DNA of 64,000 bases from Bacteroidales bacterium. GTDB taxonomy: Bacteria > Bacteroidota > Bacteroidia > Bacteroidales > UBA12077. The translations under genes and the position numbers were made by a program. The DNA lies in assembly GCA_034002805.1 (NCBI GenBank), contig JAVEZW010000001.1:100-64099 (forward strand), written 5' to 3'. The notes beneath the pieces are model-generated. The model did not search any database. It was not told the DNA's origin and worked only from the letters and a program-made list of their open reading frames with translations. Below are positions 41,361-50,514 of the stretch, one piece after another. Numbering within the stretch: position 1 is the stretch's first letter; the number at the start of each line of letters is the position of its first letter.

Positions 41361-41741
41361 GTGGATAAAGTCGGAATCACGATTATGATTATTCCTAAGT
41401 TTTATGAAGTATTGTTCGGAATATATATTTATATTCTTGAGTTTAAAAATGGTAAATTCTATGTCGGAATTTCTCGTGATCCTGAATACAGATTTAGGAG
41501 GCATCGCGAAGGTAAGACATCCAAATTTGTTAAGGAAAACCTTCCAATTAAATACACCTACATAAAATTGCTTGATAGTACTGATTGGAGTACTGCATTA
41601 ATTGAAGAAACAAGACAAACAGCTGAGCTTATTAAAAAGCATGGAATTGAAAATGTTTGTGGTGGTGCTATTAAAGGCGACCTTAAAATGAGAATTACTG
41701 TTTATAATAACTACCTAAAGAAACAGTATAATGATTATTAA
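41361..41741 (+). CDS. GIY-YIG nuclease family protein (likely start ATG 41385)
   Basis: GIYIYILEFKNGKFYVGISRDPEYRFRRHREGK = GIY...YVG...R..H motif. The track start is GTG; an in-frame ATG lies at 41385. Confidence 0.7.
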   Translation: MDKVGITIMIIPKFYEVLFGIYIYILEFKNGKFYVGISRDPEYRFRRHREGKTSKFVKENLPIKYTYIKLLDSTDWSTALIEETRQTAELIKKHGIENVCGGAIKGDLKMRITVYNNYLKKQYNDY

Positions 41742-41800
41742 ATAGCTACTAACTGCTTTTACCTATAGCTTATCTTGCATATATAACCAAGGCAATAGGG

Positions 41801-41824
41801 AAAAAATCCAAGGGATTTTTTATA
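41801..41824 (+). terminator. putative intrinsic terminator after GIY-YIG gene
   Basis: AAAAAATCC-aag-GGATTTTTT hairpin. Part of a repeat shared with 48999-49038. Confidence 0.4.
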
Positions 41825-42190
41825 AGTAAGGTATTTTATCTTATAATTTGTTTGAAATTAAATATAAAACTAAAATGTGATTAATCTCATACCTCAATTA
41901 CTTATGTAATCGAGATATGAAAAAACCACCAGTTCCTGAAAATACATCGAAACAAAATTTAGATTCGTCAGGATAGAGATTAATTTGATACTTCACGTTG
42001 AACGAAGTCTGTTATTAGCTCTTTAATAACTATAACTATCACTTTTTCAACTACTTCTCGCAAGGAAACAATTATTGTTTTAAACTTGCATGATTTAAAA
42101 ATACTTCTTAGTTTTACCATGTTAAAAATGGTTTTCAATTTTGAATTAATGTTCATTTTTTAAACTGTTTTTAATTAACACTAGTGAAAG

Positions 42191-42229
42191 AGAAGCTGTC
42201 GGCCTACGAAACTAACAGCTTCTTTTTTT
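42191..42229 (+). terminator. orphan intrinsic terminator in non-coding gap
   Basis: 9-bp stem AGAAGCTGT/ACAGCTTCT, 15-nt loop, then a T7 run. No annotated ORF upstream within 450 nt. Confidence 0.5.
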
Positions 42230-42939
42230 ATTATAAATTATCTACTTTACAAAATTAAAAAATACATACCCAAATTTTTTATAAATCATTAATTACTTTT
42301 CCACAATCATAGTTATTAATCCACATTAAATCAAAAATGTACTGCTAAGTTAATTTAACTAAAAAGTTCTCACAACAATTTTAAATGTGTATTTTTTAAC
42401 ATTTATTCGGCGTTATTAACGAAAGAGATTAATTGTCTGAAATCCTTAAGTTTAATGATTTATAGCCCTATAAAGTTTTTTATCAAAAAATAAATCTTAA
42501 GTGAGTTTTTGTTTACACACCGATTGTTACTAATAGAAAAAAATTGCTATTGCATAATTGATTTTTTTTATCGACAAAAAGCAGCTACCGGATCTTCTCC
42601 TGGAACAATAAATATAGGCAATTTTGAAATCCACCAGAGAGGATCGAGCATGATCCCAAATATCAGCATCGATAAATTACTCCTACAATTAATTTTGAAT
42701 TTCTTTAAAAAAATACACCCTGCAACCATTGTTGAACTTGCATTTTGAAAAAAAGTGTTTTACAACATATCGGTTTATGGGTCAGATTTTTCTGGAATAA
42801 TGCACTTAAATATATACAGTTTTTAAAACATTGTAAGTAGTTGTAATTGGTTCGAGAATAAGTAGCAGGATTTTCAACTTTAAAAATTATTAAATGCTGT
42901 TTCAAAAATATGTGTAATTAGTATTTCAAATTAAATAAA

Positions 42940-43179
42940 ATGTATCTTAATTTTTTAGATTGTATTGAAAAAATAGAGAAGTTGGATTATTTAATAAGTA
43001 AAGAAAAAACTGGAAGTCCAACTGAGTTGGCAAGGTATTTAAATGTATCGGAAAGACAAATTTACAGACTAATTGGTTTAATGAAAAACCTTGGTGCAAA
43101 GATTAAATTCTGTAATTATAAACGATCATATAAATATACGAATCCTGTAAAATTCCATATTGGGTTTATTGAAAAATAA
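42940..43179 (+). CDS. small HTH DNA-binding protein (putative cluster regulator)
   Basis: GSPTELARYLNVSERQIYRLIGLMKNLG helix-turn-helix. Confidence 0.6.
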   Translation: MYLNFLDCIEKIEKLDYLISKEKTGSPTELARYLNVSERQIYRLIGLMKNLGAKIKFCNYKRSYKYTNPVKFHIGFIEK

Positions 43180-43361
43180 AACCTGTATAAAGTATGGCCC
43201 AAATAAAAAATACAAAAACTGCCAAAAAATGGCAGACTATATGCCTATTTTTGAATCAAGTCTTCAATTTATATTATGTTTTGCTTATTGTTTGGATTAT
43301 AATTATAAATGGCGAAACCGAAAAGCCTAAATAGAGTAGGACTAATTTAATACTAAATTTT

Positions 43362-43553
43362 ATGAAAAAAATGAAATTGAATTCTTTAGCATCAAGCATG
43401 TTGAAAGACTCTAAATTAAATGATTTAGAAAAATTGAGCAATAATGAAAAAAGAAAAATTTTTGGTGGTGTAGATAACCACAGAGTTAGTTCCAAATGCA
43501 CTACCTGCAAGGATGATATGTGTGATTCACAATATGTGAATGATCATATTTAG
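43362..43553 (+). CDS. RiPP precursor peptide with GG-type leader (GG-Bacteroidales family-like)
   Basis: MKKMKLNSL...EKRKIFGG leader ending in Gly-Gly. 27-aa core VDNHRVSSKCTTCKDDMCDSQYVNDHI with CxxCxxxxC. Lies immediately upstream of the rSAM gene. Confidence 0.75.
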   Translation: MKKMKLNSLASSMLKDSKLNDLEKLSNNEKRKIFGGVDNHRVSSKCTTCKDDMCDSQYVNDHI

Positions 43554-43566
43554 CTGTTAATAAAAC

Positions 43567-43613
43567 ATAAGTAATAAGATATTAAAATATCTTATTACTT
43601 ATTATAATTTTTT
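43567..43613 (+). terminator. strong hairpin + T-run between precursor and maturase genes (attenuator/terminator)
   Basis: 15-bp perfect stem ATAAGTAATAAGATA / TATCTTATTACTTAT, 6-nt loop, then tataatttttt. Confidence 0.55.
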
Positions 43614-43682
43614 GAGGTTAATCTAATACTTCTATTTTTGGACTAGGAGTTCAATAGTGAATAATTCAATTAAAAAAATAAG

Positions 43683-45125
43683 GTGACGAGATTTGTTAAA
43701 GAACCATTAATAATTAAGACTGATAAAGGAAATAACTATTTAATTAATTTTAATAAAAAGCAAATTATTTACTTAAATCCCATATTAGCGGAATTTGCAA
43801 ATATATATTTGCAACAAGAAATTAAAAATTTAGAAAAGTGTAAGGAATTAGTTTTAAATAAAAAAAAATCAAGTTTAGCAATCGAATATTATTTTGAAAA
43901 ATTCAAATTTCTATCGAATGCAGGATTCTTTGATAATTATGAAATAATAATATCCCCAATAACTGATGATGTAATAAATAAAACTATATCCGAAACAACA
44001 CACATTGTTTTTGAAGTTACAGAAAAGTGTAATTTGAAATGTAAATATTGCGGTTATGGGGATTTGTATGTCGAAAAACAAAGTGAAAATAAAAATATTG
44101 ATTTAGATATTGAATTAGCTAAAAATATTATAAATGAAGTTATTAATCATACAATAAAATCAATAGTTCCATTATTTAGTATCTCATTTTATGGAGGAGA
44201 ACCTTTAATCAAAATAGACTTTATTAAAACGATTGTTCATTATTGTAAAAGCAAGTGGCCTAGTCAGGATTTTGAATTTAGGATGACAACAAATGCAATT
44301 TTACTAAATAAGTATATGGATTATTTAGTAGAAGAAAATTTTAATCTATTAATAAGTCTTGATGGTAATGAGAAACATAATCAGTTTAGAACCTATAAAA
44401 ACAATAAAAAATCATTTAAAAAAGTATTCGATAATATTTCCTTACTAAAGGAAAGATATCCAAATTATTTTGATAAAAAAGTTGAATTTAACTCAGTAAT
44501 AAATACCGAAAGCAACACAAACAAAGTAAAACAATTTTTTCTTAAAGAATTTAATAAAGCCCCACATTTGACTCAGGAACTGACTTATGTTGGATTAGAT
44601 CCTGAAAAAATGAAGGAATTTAATAAGATTCTTAATACTTATACGTTAGATGTAAAAGATACACCATACTATTTTAGACGTAAGTTTATACATAGGTACG
44701 AAGATTATAATGAACTCTATGAGAAAGATGAAAAAAAGAAAAAACAATATTTTGTGAATCATCCCTTTGCTACTTGCCTGCCTTTTCAAGTAAAACTTTT
44801 TGTTTCAGCAACTGGAGAAATTCGAAATTGCGAAAAAATAGGAATGAGTCTCTCTTTAGATAAGCTCTCAAATGAAAAAAAAGAATTTGATTCTAAAAAA
44901 ATTACTGAAACTTTTAGATCTTTTCAAAAGAATTCAAATAAGGTATGCAGTAGTTGCTATAATTATGACTGTAAAGATTGCATTCTTATTTATACTAATA
45001 AAAATGGTGAGTTTAAATGTCATAATTACCTATCAAAGGAATTGGAAATAAAAAAAATATCAGCTCAGTATTCTATAATTGAACAAAATCCTTCCTCTCT
45101 ATTCTTGGAACCCCCTATTAAATAA
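43683..45125 (+). CDS. radical SAM/SPASM peptide maturase
   Basis: CNLKCKYCGY (CxxxCxxC), GGEPL, C-terminal Cys cluster CSSCYNYDCKDC. GTG start; no internal Met for about 200 residues. Confidence 0.8.
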   Translation: MTRFVKEPLIIKTDKGNNYLINFNKKQIIYLNPILAEFANIYLQQEIKNLEKCKELVLNKKKSSLAIEYYFEKFKFLSNAGFFDNYEIIISPITDDVINKTISETTHIVFEVTEKCNLKCKYCGYGDLYVEKQSENKNIDLDIELAKNIINEVINHTIKSIVPLFSISFYGGEPLIKIDFIKTIVHYCKSKWPSQDFEFRMTTNAILLNKYMDYLVEENFNLLISLDGNEKHNQFRTYKNNKKSFKKVFDNISLLKERYPNYFDKKVEFNSVINTESNTNKVKQFFLKEFNKAPHLTQELTYVGLDPEKMKEFNKILNTYTLDVKDTPYYFRRKFIHRYEDYNELYEKDEKKKKQYFVNHPFATCLPFQVKLFVSATGEIRNCEKIGMSLSLDKLSNEKKEFDSKKITETFRSFQKNSNKVCSSCYNYDCKDCILIYTNKNGEFKCHNYLSKELEIKKISAQYSIIEQNPSSLFLEPPIK

Positions 45126-45131
45126 AACGAA

Positions 45132-46403
45132 ATGAAAAAAAATCTTTATCTGTATATTGAACCCTATGTACATGTTGAACTTCAAAAAAACGATATTCTT
45201 TTTTATAATACAATAAATGGCAGTTATCTAAAATCCAGTGAAAAAAATGTGATTAAACTATTTCATGAGTTAAAAAAGAACACATCAATTGGAACGATTA
45301 AAATTACAACTGATGAATTGAATAATAATATAATATTGAGCTTTGTAAACAATTTGAAACGATTATATTTATGTGATTTTATTGAAAATAGTGTTATTGA
45401 TTTTCCTCCTGTAATTATTAATAATGAGAATTTTCTTTCAGATTCTCTCTCTGGAATCAATCCTTTAGATTTTACCATGAGAAATATTAATTATTTAAAT
45501 ACATTTCTAAAGGAGATAACAATAATTGTAAACAATTATGATTCAGATCATAACTTAAATAAAATATATTTCCAAGCAAGTTCAATGTCAAATATTCTAA
45601 ATAAACCAAGCCAACTTGTGGATCGTCATCTTGAAAAAATCTATTCTATAATTAGAAATTCACCCATAAAATGCGTAAACATTGTAGGATCTGATATATT
45701 TAATTATTCACAAATACAGGATCTATTTAATTTTTTAAATAGTATTGATGTTTTAAAAATAATAAATTTGAATGGATCCGATTTAGTGAAAATTATTAAT
45801 CAGGGGATTGAAAATAAATGGTTGTATTTTTTTAAAGAATTAGAAAAAGAATATTCTATACTAATGATTTTTCTCGATAAAAATATTAAGGAAGAAGATT
45901 TTAATCTAATAAAAGGATTTCAGGATCAATTTAAGTTAAATATTGAATTTAAATTCATTATTGAAGAATCAGATGAAATTGTAAAAGCAGAAAAATTAAC
46001 AAAAAATTTATCTGATAATTATTCATTTTATGCATTTTATAATGGCAATAATTTGAGTTTTATTAAAAGGGAGGTTTTTTTGAGTGAAGATGAAATAATG
46101 AATATTATGCCTATGGATTCAAAGGAGATATTTTCAAGGTCCAAATTAAATCGAAATTATTTTTCAAAACTTACTTTTATGAGTAATGGGAATATCTATT
46201 CCAATTTTCACAAACCAAAGGTTGGTGATTTGGATGAGAATAAAATATATAAAATAATTTATAATGAATTAAAAAATGGTTATTGGGTATATACAAGAAA
46301 GTTAGCAAAGCCATGTAAGAATTGTATCTATAATACTTTTTGTCCCCCAGTTAGTAATTATGAATTTGATTTAAATAGAAATAATCTTTGTCTATTAAAT
46401 TGA
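45132..46403 (+). CDS. pseudo-rSAM accessory protein (rSAM-like, lacks CxxxCxxC)
   Basis: Similar size and position to the maturase. No CxxxCxxC anywhere. Retains the C-terminal KPCKNCIYNTFCPP Cys motif. Confidence 0.6.
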   Translation: MKKNLYLYIEPYVHVELQKNDILFYNTINGSYLKSSEKNVIKLFHELKKNTSIGTIKITTDELNNNIILSFVNNLKRLYLCDFIENSVIDFPPVIINNENFLSDSLSGINPLDFTMRNINYLNTFLKEITIIVNNYDSDHNLNKIYFQASSMSNILNKPSQLVDRHLEKIYSIIRNSPIKCVNIVGSDIFNYSQIQDLFNFLNSIDVLKIINLNGSDLVKIINQGIENKWLYFFKELEKEYSILMIFLDKNIKEEDFNLIKGFQDQFKLNIEFKFIIEESDEIVKAEKLTKNLSDNYSFYAFYNGNNLSFIKREVFLSEDEIMNIMPMDSKEIFSRSKLNRNYFSKLTFMSNGNIYSNFHKPKVGDLDENKIYKIIYNELKNGYWVYTRKLAKPCKNCIYNTFCPPVSNYEFDLNRNNLCLLN

Positions 46404-46475
46404 AATAAAAAAATATTTTGAAAACTTAAAATTTCATTATTAATTAAATATAGTATTGTATATTAATCATTAATT

Positions 46476-48851
46476 ATGATAAGAAACTATTTAATTTCGA
46501 CTCTTAGAAAAATTCATAGAAATTTTGGTGTACAAATAATAAATATACTTGGTTTAGCAATTGGTTTGGCGATTTCTTTTTTAATTTATATATATCTAAT
46601 ACATGAAACAGGATTTGATAAGCAACATAAAAAAAGAGATTTTATCTTTAGATTAATATGTAATTATCATCCTGAGGGAAGTGAATCAAATTATACAATC
46701 TCAAATATTGAAGAGGATTTTATTTTAAAACTTAAAGAAGAGTATCCAGAAATTAATAAAGTTGTAAGTTTATATAAAACAATTGAATATAATCAAATAA
46801 AATATAAATCAATTAGAAATTCTGAGGATTGCATATATTTTTCGGATCCTGATATACTTGATATATTCACCTTTGAAATTTTAAAGGGAGAAAAAAGCAA
46901 TTTGCTTGTTAATAATTTTGATGTCCTTATAACTGAGTCAAAATCAAAAATATATTTTAATAACGAAGATCCAATTGGGAAAATATTGACCTTGGAAACA
47001 AAGAATGATACTGTTTTACTTACAGTAAAAGGTGTTATAAAAGATTTTCCAATAAATTCTACCCTAAAATTTGATTTTTTGGGTAAAATAAGTAGTACAT
47101 ATAAAAATTATAATAGTAATGTCTTTCCAGAAGAAACTTATTTGATGCTTAATCAAAATGTTAATTACAGAGAGTTTGAAAAAAAAATCCCTGAAATTAG
47201 ATATAATGATGGGACTGTTATGATAAGTAGTTTTTCTCTACAACCTTTTAATGAAATTTATTTCAATTCTGATTTTATTAGATCTTATCCAAAAAAAACA
47301 GGTAATAAGAAAAATGTTTATATTTTAAGCATTATTGCCATTGTGATTTTACTTGTATCAATGAATAACTACATTATTTTTTCAATATCTGATACAAAAG
47401 CACTAGTAAAGGAAATAGCAATACGTAAAACACTTGGAGCTTCTATAAAAAATTTGCAGTTACAACAACTTATAAATTCTCTTATTTATGCAATAATTGC
47501 TTCAGTAATTGCTTTAATAATTACTTACTTTTTAATTCCTTTTTGGAATCTTTATTTTGAGGTGGATTTATTTCCAATTTTGTTTAATAATGTAAACATA
47601 TTATTGGGGCTTATTTTTATTATTTTTTTTACTGCAATTATATCTGGGTTATACAATTCTTTTTATATAAGTACATTAAATCCTCTTTTGCTATTACACT
47701 CTTCTTTTATAACAATAAAGACAAAAAATCTATTTCAAATAATAATCATCGGGTTCCAAATATTATTATTTGTAACTTTAATTTCTTTTTCAATAATTAT
47801 TAAGAATCAAATTGAATTTGCCATAAATAAGGATTCTGGTTTTGATAAGGAGAATTTGTTAATTATAGATTTTTCTGATGATGAAATTAAAAATAAATTT
47901 CATGCATTTAAGAATGAAATTAAAACCTTACCTTTTATTGAAGAAATCACAGCAACCAGCCACGTTATTCCAAATAATAATTATTACAAAGTTCATTTTC
48001 CAAAATATAGCGATCCTACACAGAACGTAATCTTATTTTTATTAATGGTTGATGAAAATTTTTTTAATACAATGTCAATTCCTTTTATAGAAAAGAATAA
48101 TGATTTCAATGGATTTTCCAACAAAAAAGCATATATTATTAATGAAATGGCTGCAAATGAGCTTGGGTTAGATGTGAATACTGGTTTGCCTGTAAGATTT
48201 CTTTCAAATAAGGGGGATACAATAATTATTGAAAAAATATGTAAAAATTTTGACATACAGAGTGTTAATCATCAGCATTCACCATTAGCTATACGTCTTC
48301 ATGAAACCAAATTAAGTAATATTTTGATCAGGCTTAAAAATGAAAAACCTGACGATGCAATAATTCAAATTGAAAATCTTTTTTATAAAACTGTATCACA
48401 AGATTCTCAGATTCATATAAACTATTTTAAAAAGAACCTTGAAAACATATATAAGAAAGATAAATTATTTCTTAATGCAATCTCATTGGGAACTTTAATA
48501 ACAATATTAATTGCAGCTTTAGGATTATTTAATGTTTCTTTATTTATTTTGAAATCAAAAACTAAGGAAATATTAATAAGGAAAGTTCATGGAGCAACAA
48601 AGTTATCAATAATTAAATTGCTTTGTAAAGAGCAAGGAGTTATTATTATTATGGCAAATATTTTAGCGATACCAATAACTATCGTTTTAATTAATCAATG
48701 GCTTCAAAATTATTCTCAGCACGTTAAAATAACTATTGATATATTTATAGTTTCATCTTGTATTTCTGTTATTATAATGGTGGTCATTTCCATTATTACC
48801 TTAAAAATTATCTTTAGACGGAGTATTATTTCTGAACTAAATAAGGAATAA
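46476..48851 (+). CDS. FtsX/MacB-like ABC transporter permease (two FtsX modules)
   Basis: N-terminal TM + large extracytoplasmic domain + 3 TM, and this arrangement occurs twice. No ATPase gene is adjacent. Confidence 0.75.
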   Translation: MIRNYLISTLRKIHRNFGVQIINILGLAIGLAISFLIYIYLIHETGFDKQHKKRDFIFRLICNYHPEGSESNYTISNIEEDFILKLKEEYPEINKVVSLYKTIEYNQIKYKSIRNSEDCIYFSDPDILDIFTFEILKGEKSNLLVNNFDVLITESKSKIYFNNEDPIGKILTLETKNDTVLLTVKGVIKDFPINSTLKFDFLGKISSTYKNYNSNVFPEETYLMLNQNVNYREFEKKIPEIRYNDGTVMISSFSLQPFNEIYFNSDFIRSYPKKTGNKKNVYILSIIAIVILLVSMNNYIIFSISDTKALVKEIAIRKTLGASIKNLQLQQLINSLIYAIIASVIALIITYFLIPFWNLYFEVDLFPILFNNVNILLGLIFIIFFTAIISGLYNSFYISTLNPLLLLHSSFITIKTKNLFQIIIIGFQILLFVTLISFSIIIKNQIEFAINKDSGFDKENLLIIDFSDDEIKNKFHAFKNEIKTLPFIEEITATSHVIPNNNYYKVHFPKYSDPTQNVILFLLMVDENFFNTMSIPFIEKNNDFNGFSNKKAYIINEMAANELGLDVNTGLPVRFLSNKGDTIIIEKICKNFDIQSVNHQHSPLAIRLHETKLSNILIRLKNEKPDDAIIQIENLFYKTVSQDSQIHINYFKKNLENIYKKDKLFLNAISLGTLITILIAALGLFNVSLFILKSKTKEILIRKVHGATKLSIIKLLCKEQGVIIIMANILAIPITIVLINQWLQNYSQHVKITIDIFIVSSCISVIIMVVISIITLKIIFRRSIISELNKE

Positions 48852-49015
48852 TTATTGGACTATTAATAAGTCATATAGTAACAGACAAGGTGGTCTAGTC
48901 CAATATTCTTTATGGTAACTTTGATAGTATCAACAATTAAAACTAAAATGTTAATTATATTAAATTAATAATCCCAATTATTGGGTTATTCGCCCTTTAC
49001 AACTAAGGCAATAGG

Positions 49016-49036
49016 AAAAAATCCTTTGGATTTTTA
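49016..49036 (+). terminator. putative intrinsic terminator after permease gene
   Basis: AAAAATCC-ttt-GGATTTTT hairpin within repeat copy 2. Confidence 0.35.
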
Positions 49037-49283
49037 TCCTGTTATAGGTTGCTATTCTAAAAAATTAGGGTTGTTTATTTTACTAGTCGATAAAAATTTC
49101 ATTGATTTTTATAGAATTATAAAAAAAATGCACTCTAGAACTGCTATTCTAGTTGCAATTTCTTAAAACATGCTGTAAAACACATAAAATACAGGGTCAG
49201 ATTTTATCAAAAAAAGAGACTTATAATTGAAAGACCATTTAACCTTATTTTTTTATTTAGTCATGTAACCTAATTCTAATATT

Positions 49284-49820
49284 ATGAAAAGAATAATCTT
49301 ATTAGGAATCATTGCTCTATTATTTGCAAGCTGCGTTCCACTAAAAAAGTATTCAAAAATTGTTGTAACCGACGAAGAATTGAATAGTTTTTTAAAAATT
49401 CAATCAATATATCTTGATATTAATGCAACTTCAGATTTCAAATCGGAAGGTGATGCATTAATGACTAAATGGGAAGCTGATTTAAAAGAAAAAAGTAAAC
49501 AATTAGGACAATCAAAGAAAAGCCTGACAACGTATGGAGCAATAGTAACAGGAGTTGGTGGAGTTGGAGCAATTGTTATTCCCAATCTGTCATCAGATGG
49601 ACAAAAATATGTTGGAATTGGAGTTTCTGTTACAGGCGTGATTATTGGAGCACTAGAGTTGATTTCGGCAACAAGTCCAAGTGTAGAAGATTACTACAAT
49701 GATAGCTATGATATTATTGGTATCTGGGAACTAAGTAAAAAAGATAAATCTGCATATATGGAATTTAGGAAAGCTGAAATTCAGATTAAGAAAAAGTACA
49801 AAGAATTTGCTATTTTTTGA
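49284..49820 (+). CDS. lipoprotein with Gly-rich hydrophobic central segments
   Basis: Lipobox LFASC; VTGVGGVGAIVIP and GIGVSVTGVIIGAL segments. Confidence 0.55.
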   Translation: MKRIILLGIIALLFASCVPLKKYSKIVVTDEELNSFLKIQSIYLDINATSDFKSEGDALMTKWEADLKEKSKQLGQSKKSLTTYGAIVTGVGGVGAIVIPNLSSDGQKYVGIGVSVTGVIIGALELISATSPSVEDYYNDSYDIIGIWELSKKDKSAYMEFRKAEIQIKKKYKEFAIF

Positions 49821-49949
49821 TAAAAATGAGCTAAAACGAAGGAACTAATTTTAACTAAAAAGAGACCTAAAATTGAGAGCTTGTCAATTTAAAAATAGAA
49901 AGTGTATTCCTGGTTAAAATTATTTAAAACTAAATAAATACCCATAATT

Positions 49950-50513
49950 ATGAGAAAACTAATTCAAATATTGCTATTTATAATTTCGTATGCTCCGTTA
50001 TATCTGATTTTGTTTTTTCAAAATTTAAATGATAAAGTATATGATGAAGAAACAATTACATTCATTGGGTTCAAAGAGTTAATAAAATTGAATACCACCT
50101 CAATAACCTTTCTTCTTTTAATTATCGTTTCAATTTCACTCTATTTTATATTTTTCAATATCATTTTAAAATCATCTGTAGAGAAGTTCAAGATTACTGA
50201 AGTAAAAAGTAATAATGTAGAGCATTTATCATATTTAGCAACCTATATTTTACCATTTGTAGGTTTAAAGTTTGACTCTTGGCAAAGTATTTTAGCCACT
50301 ATTTCATTGTTTTATGTGTTAGGACATATTTATATTAAAACCAATATGATTCTAACAAATCCCACTCTGACATTTTTTCGATATTCAATATCTACAGTTA
50401 TAGACTCTAACAACAAAACCAAAATTATAATTCATAAAGGCATCATACCGAAAAATAAAGAACTAGATTTTGTACCACTAATAGAGAATATATTTATCCT
50501 AAAATACCAATAA
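49950..50513 (+). CDS. four-TM membrane protein, Kiwa KwaA-like by architecture
   Basis: 187 aa with four hydrophobic helices. Stop lies 1 nt before the next start. Confidence 0.45.
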   Translation: MRKLIQILLFIISYAPLYLILFFQNLNDKVYDEETITFIGFKELIKLNTTSITFLLLIIVSISLYFIFFNIILKSSVEKFKITEVKSNNVEHLSYLATYILPFVGLKFDSWQSILATISLFYVLGHIYIKTNMILTNPTLTFFRYSISTVIDSNNKTKIIIHKGIIPKNKELDFVPLIENIFILKYQ

Positions 50514-50514
50514 T

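Noticed and set aside
42297-42325. Two DnaA-box-like 9-mers (TTTTCCACA, TAATCCACA) near the strand switch, raising the oriC question
   Set aside because: There are only two imperfect boxes and no dnaA/dnaN or other origin-linked genes. The surroundings look like horizontally acquired DNA. The point is kept as a low-priority item within the 40766-42939 finding.
43274-43510. 78-aa minus-strand ORF overlapping the RiPP precursor gene
   Set aside because: The plus-strand reading gives a textbook GG-leader precursor directly upstream of an rSAM maturase. The minus-strand product is hydrophobic and low-complexity.
48854-48904. 9-bp inverted repeat ATTGGACTA...TAGTCCAAT right after the permease stop codon
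   Set aside because: The 33-nt loop and the lack of a following T-run make a terminator call weak. It may be fortuitous.
48981-49166. 61-aa plus-strand ORF after the permease gene
   Set aside because: It spans the terminator-containing repeat, uses a non-ATG start and has no motif.
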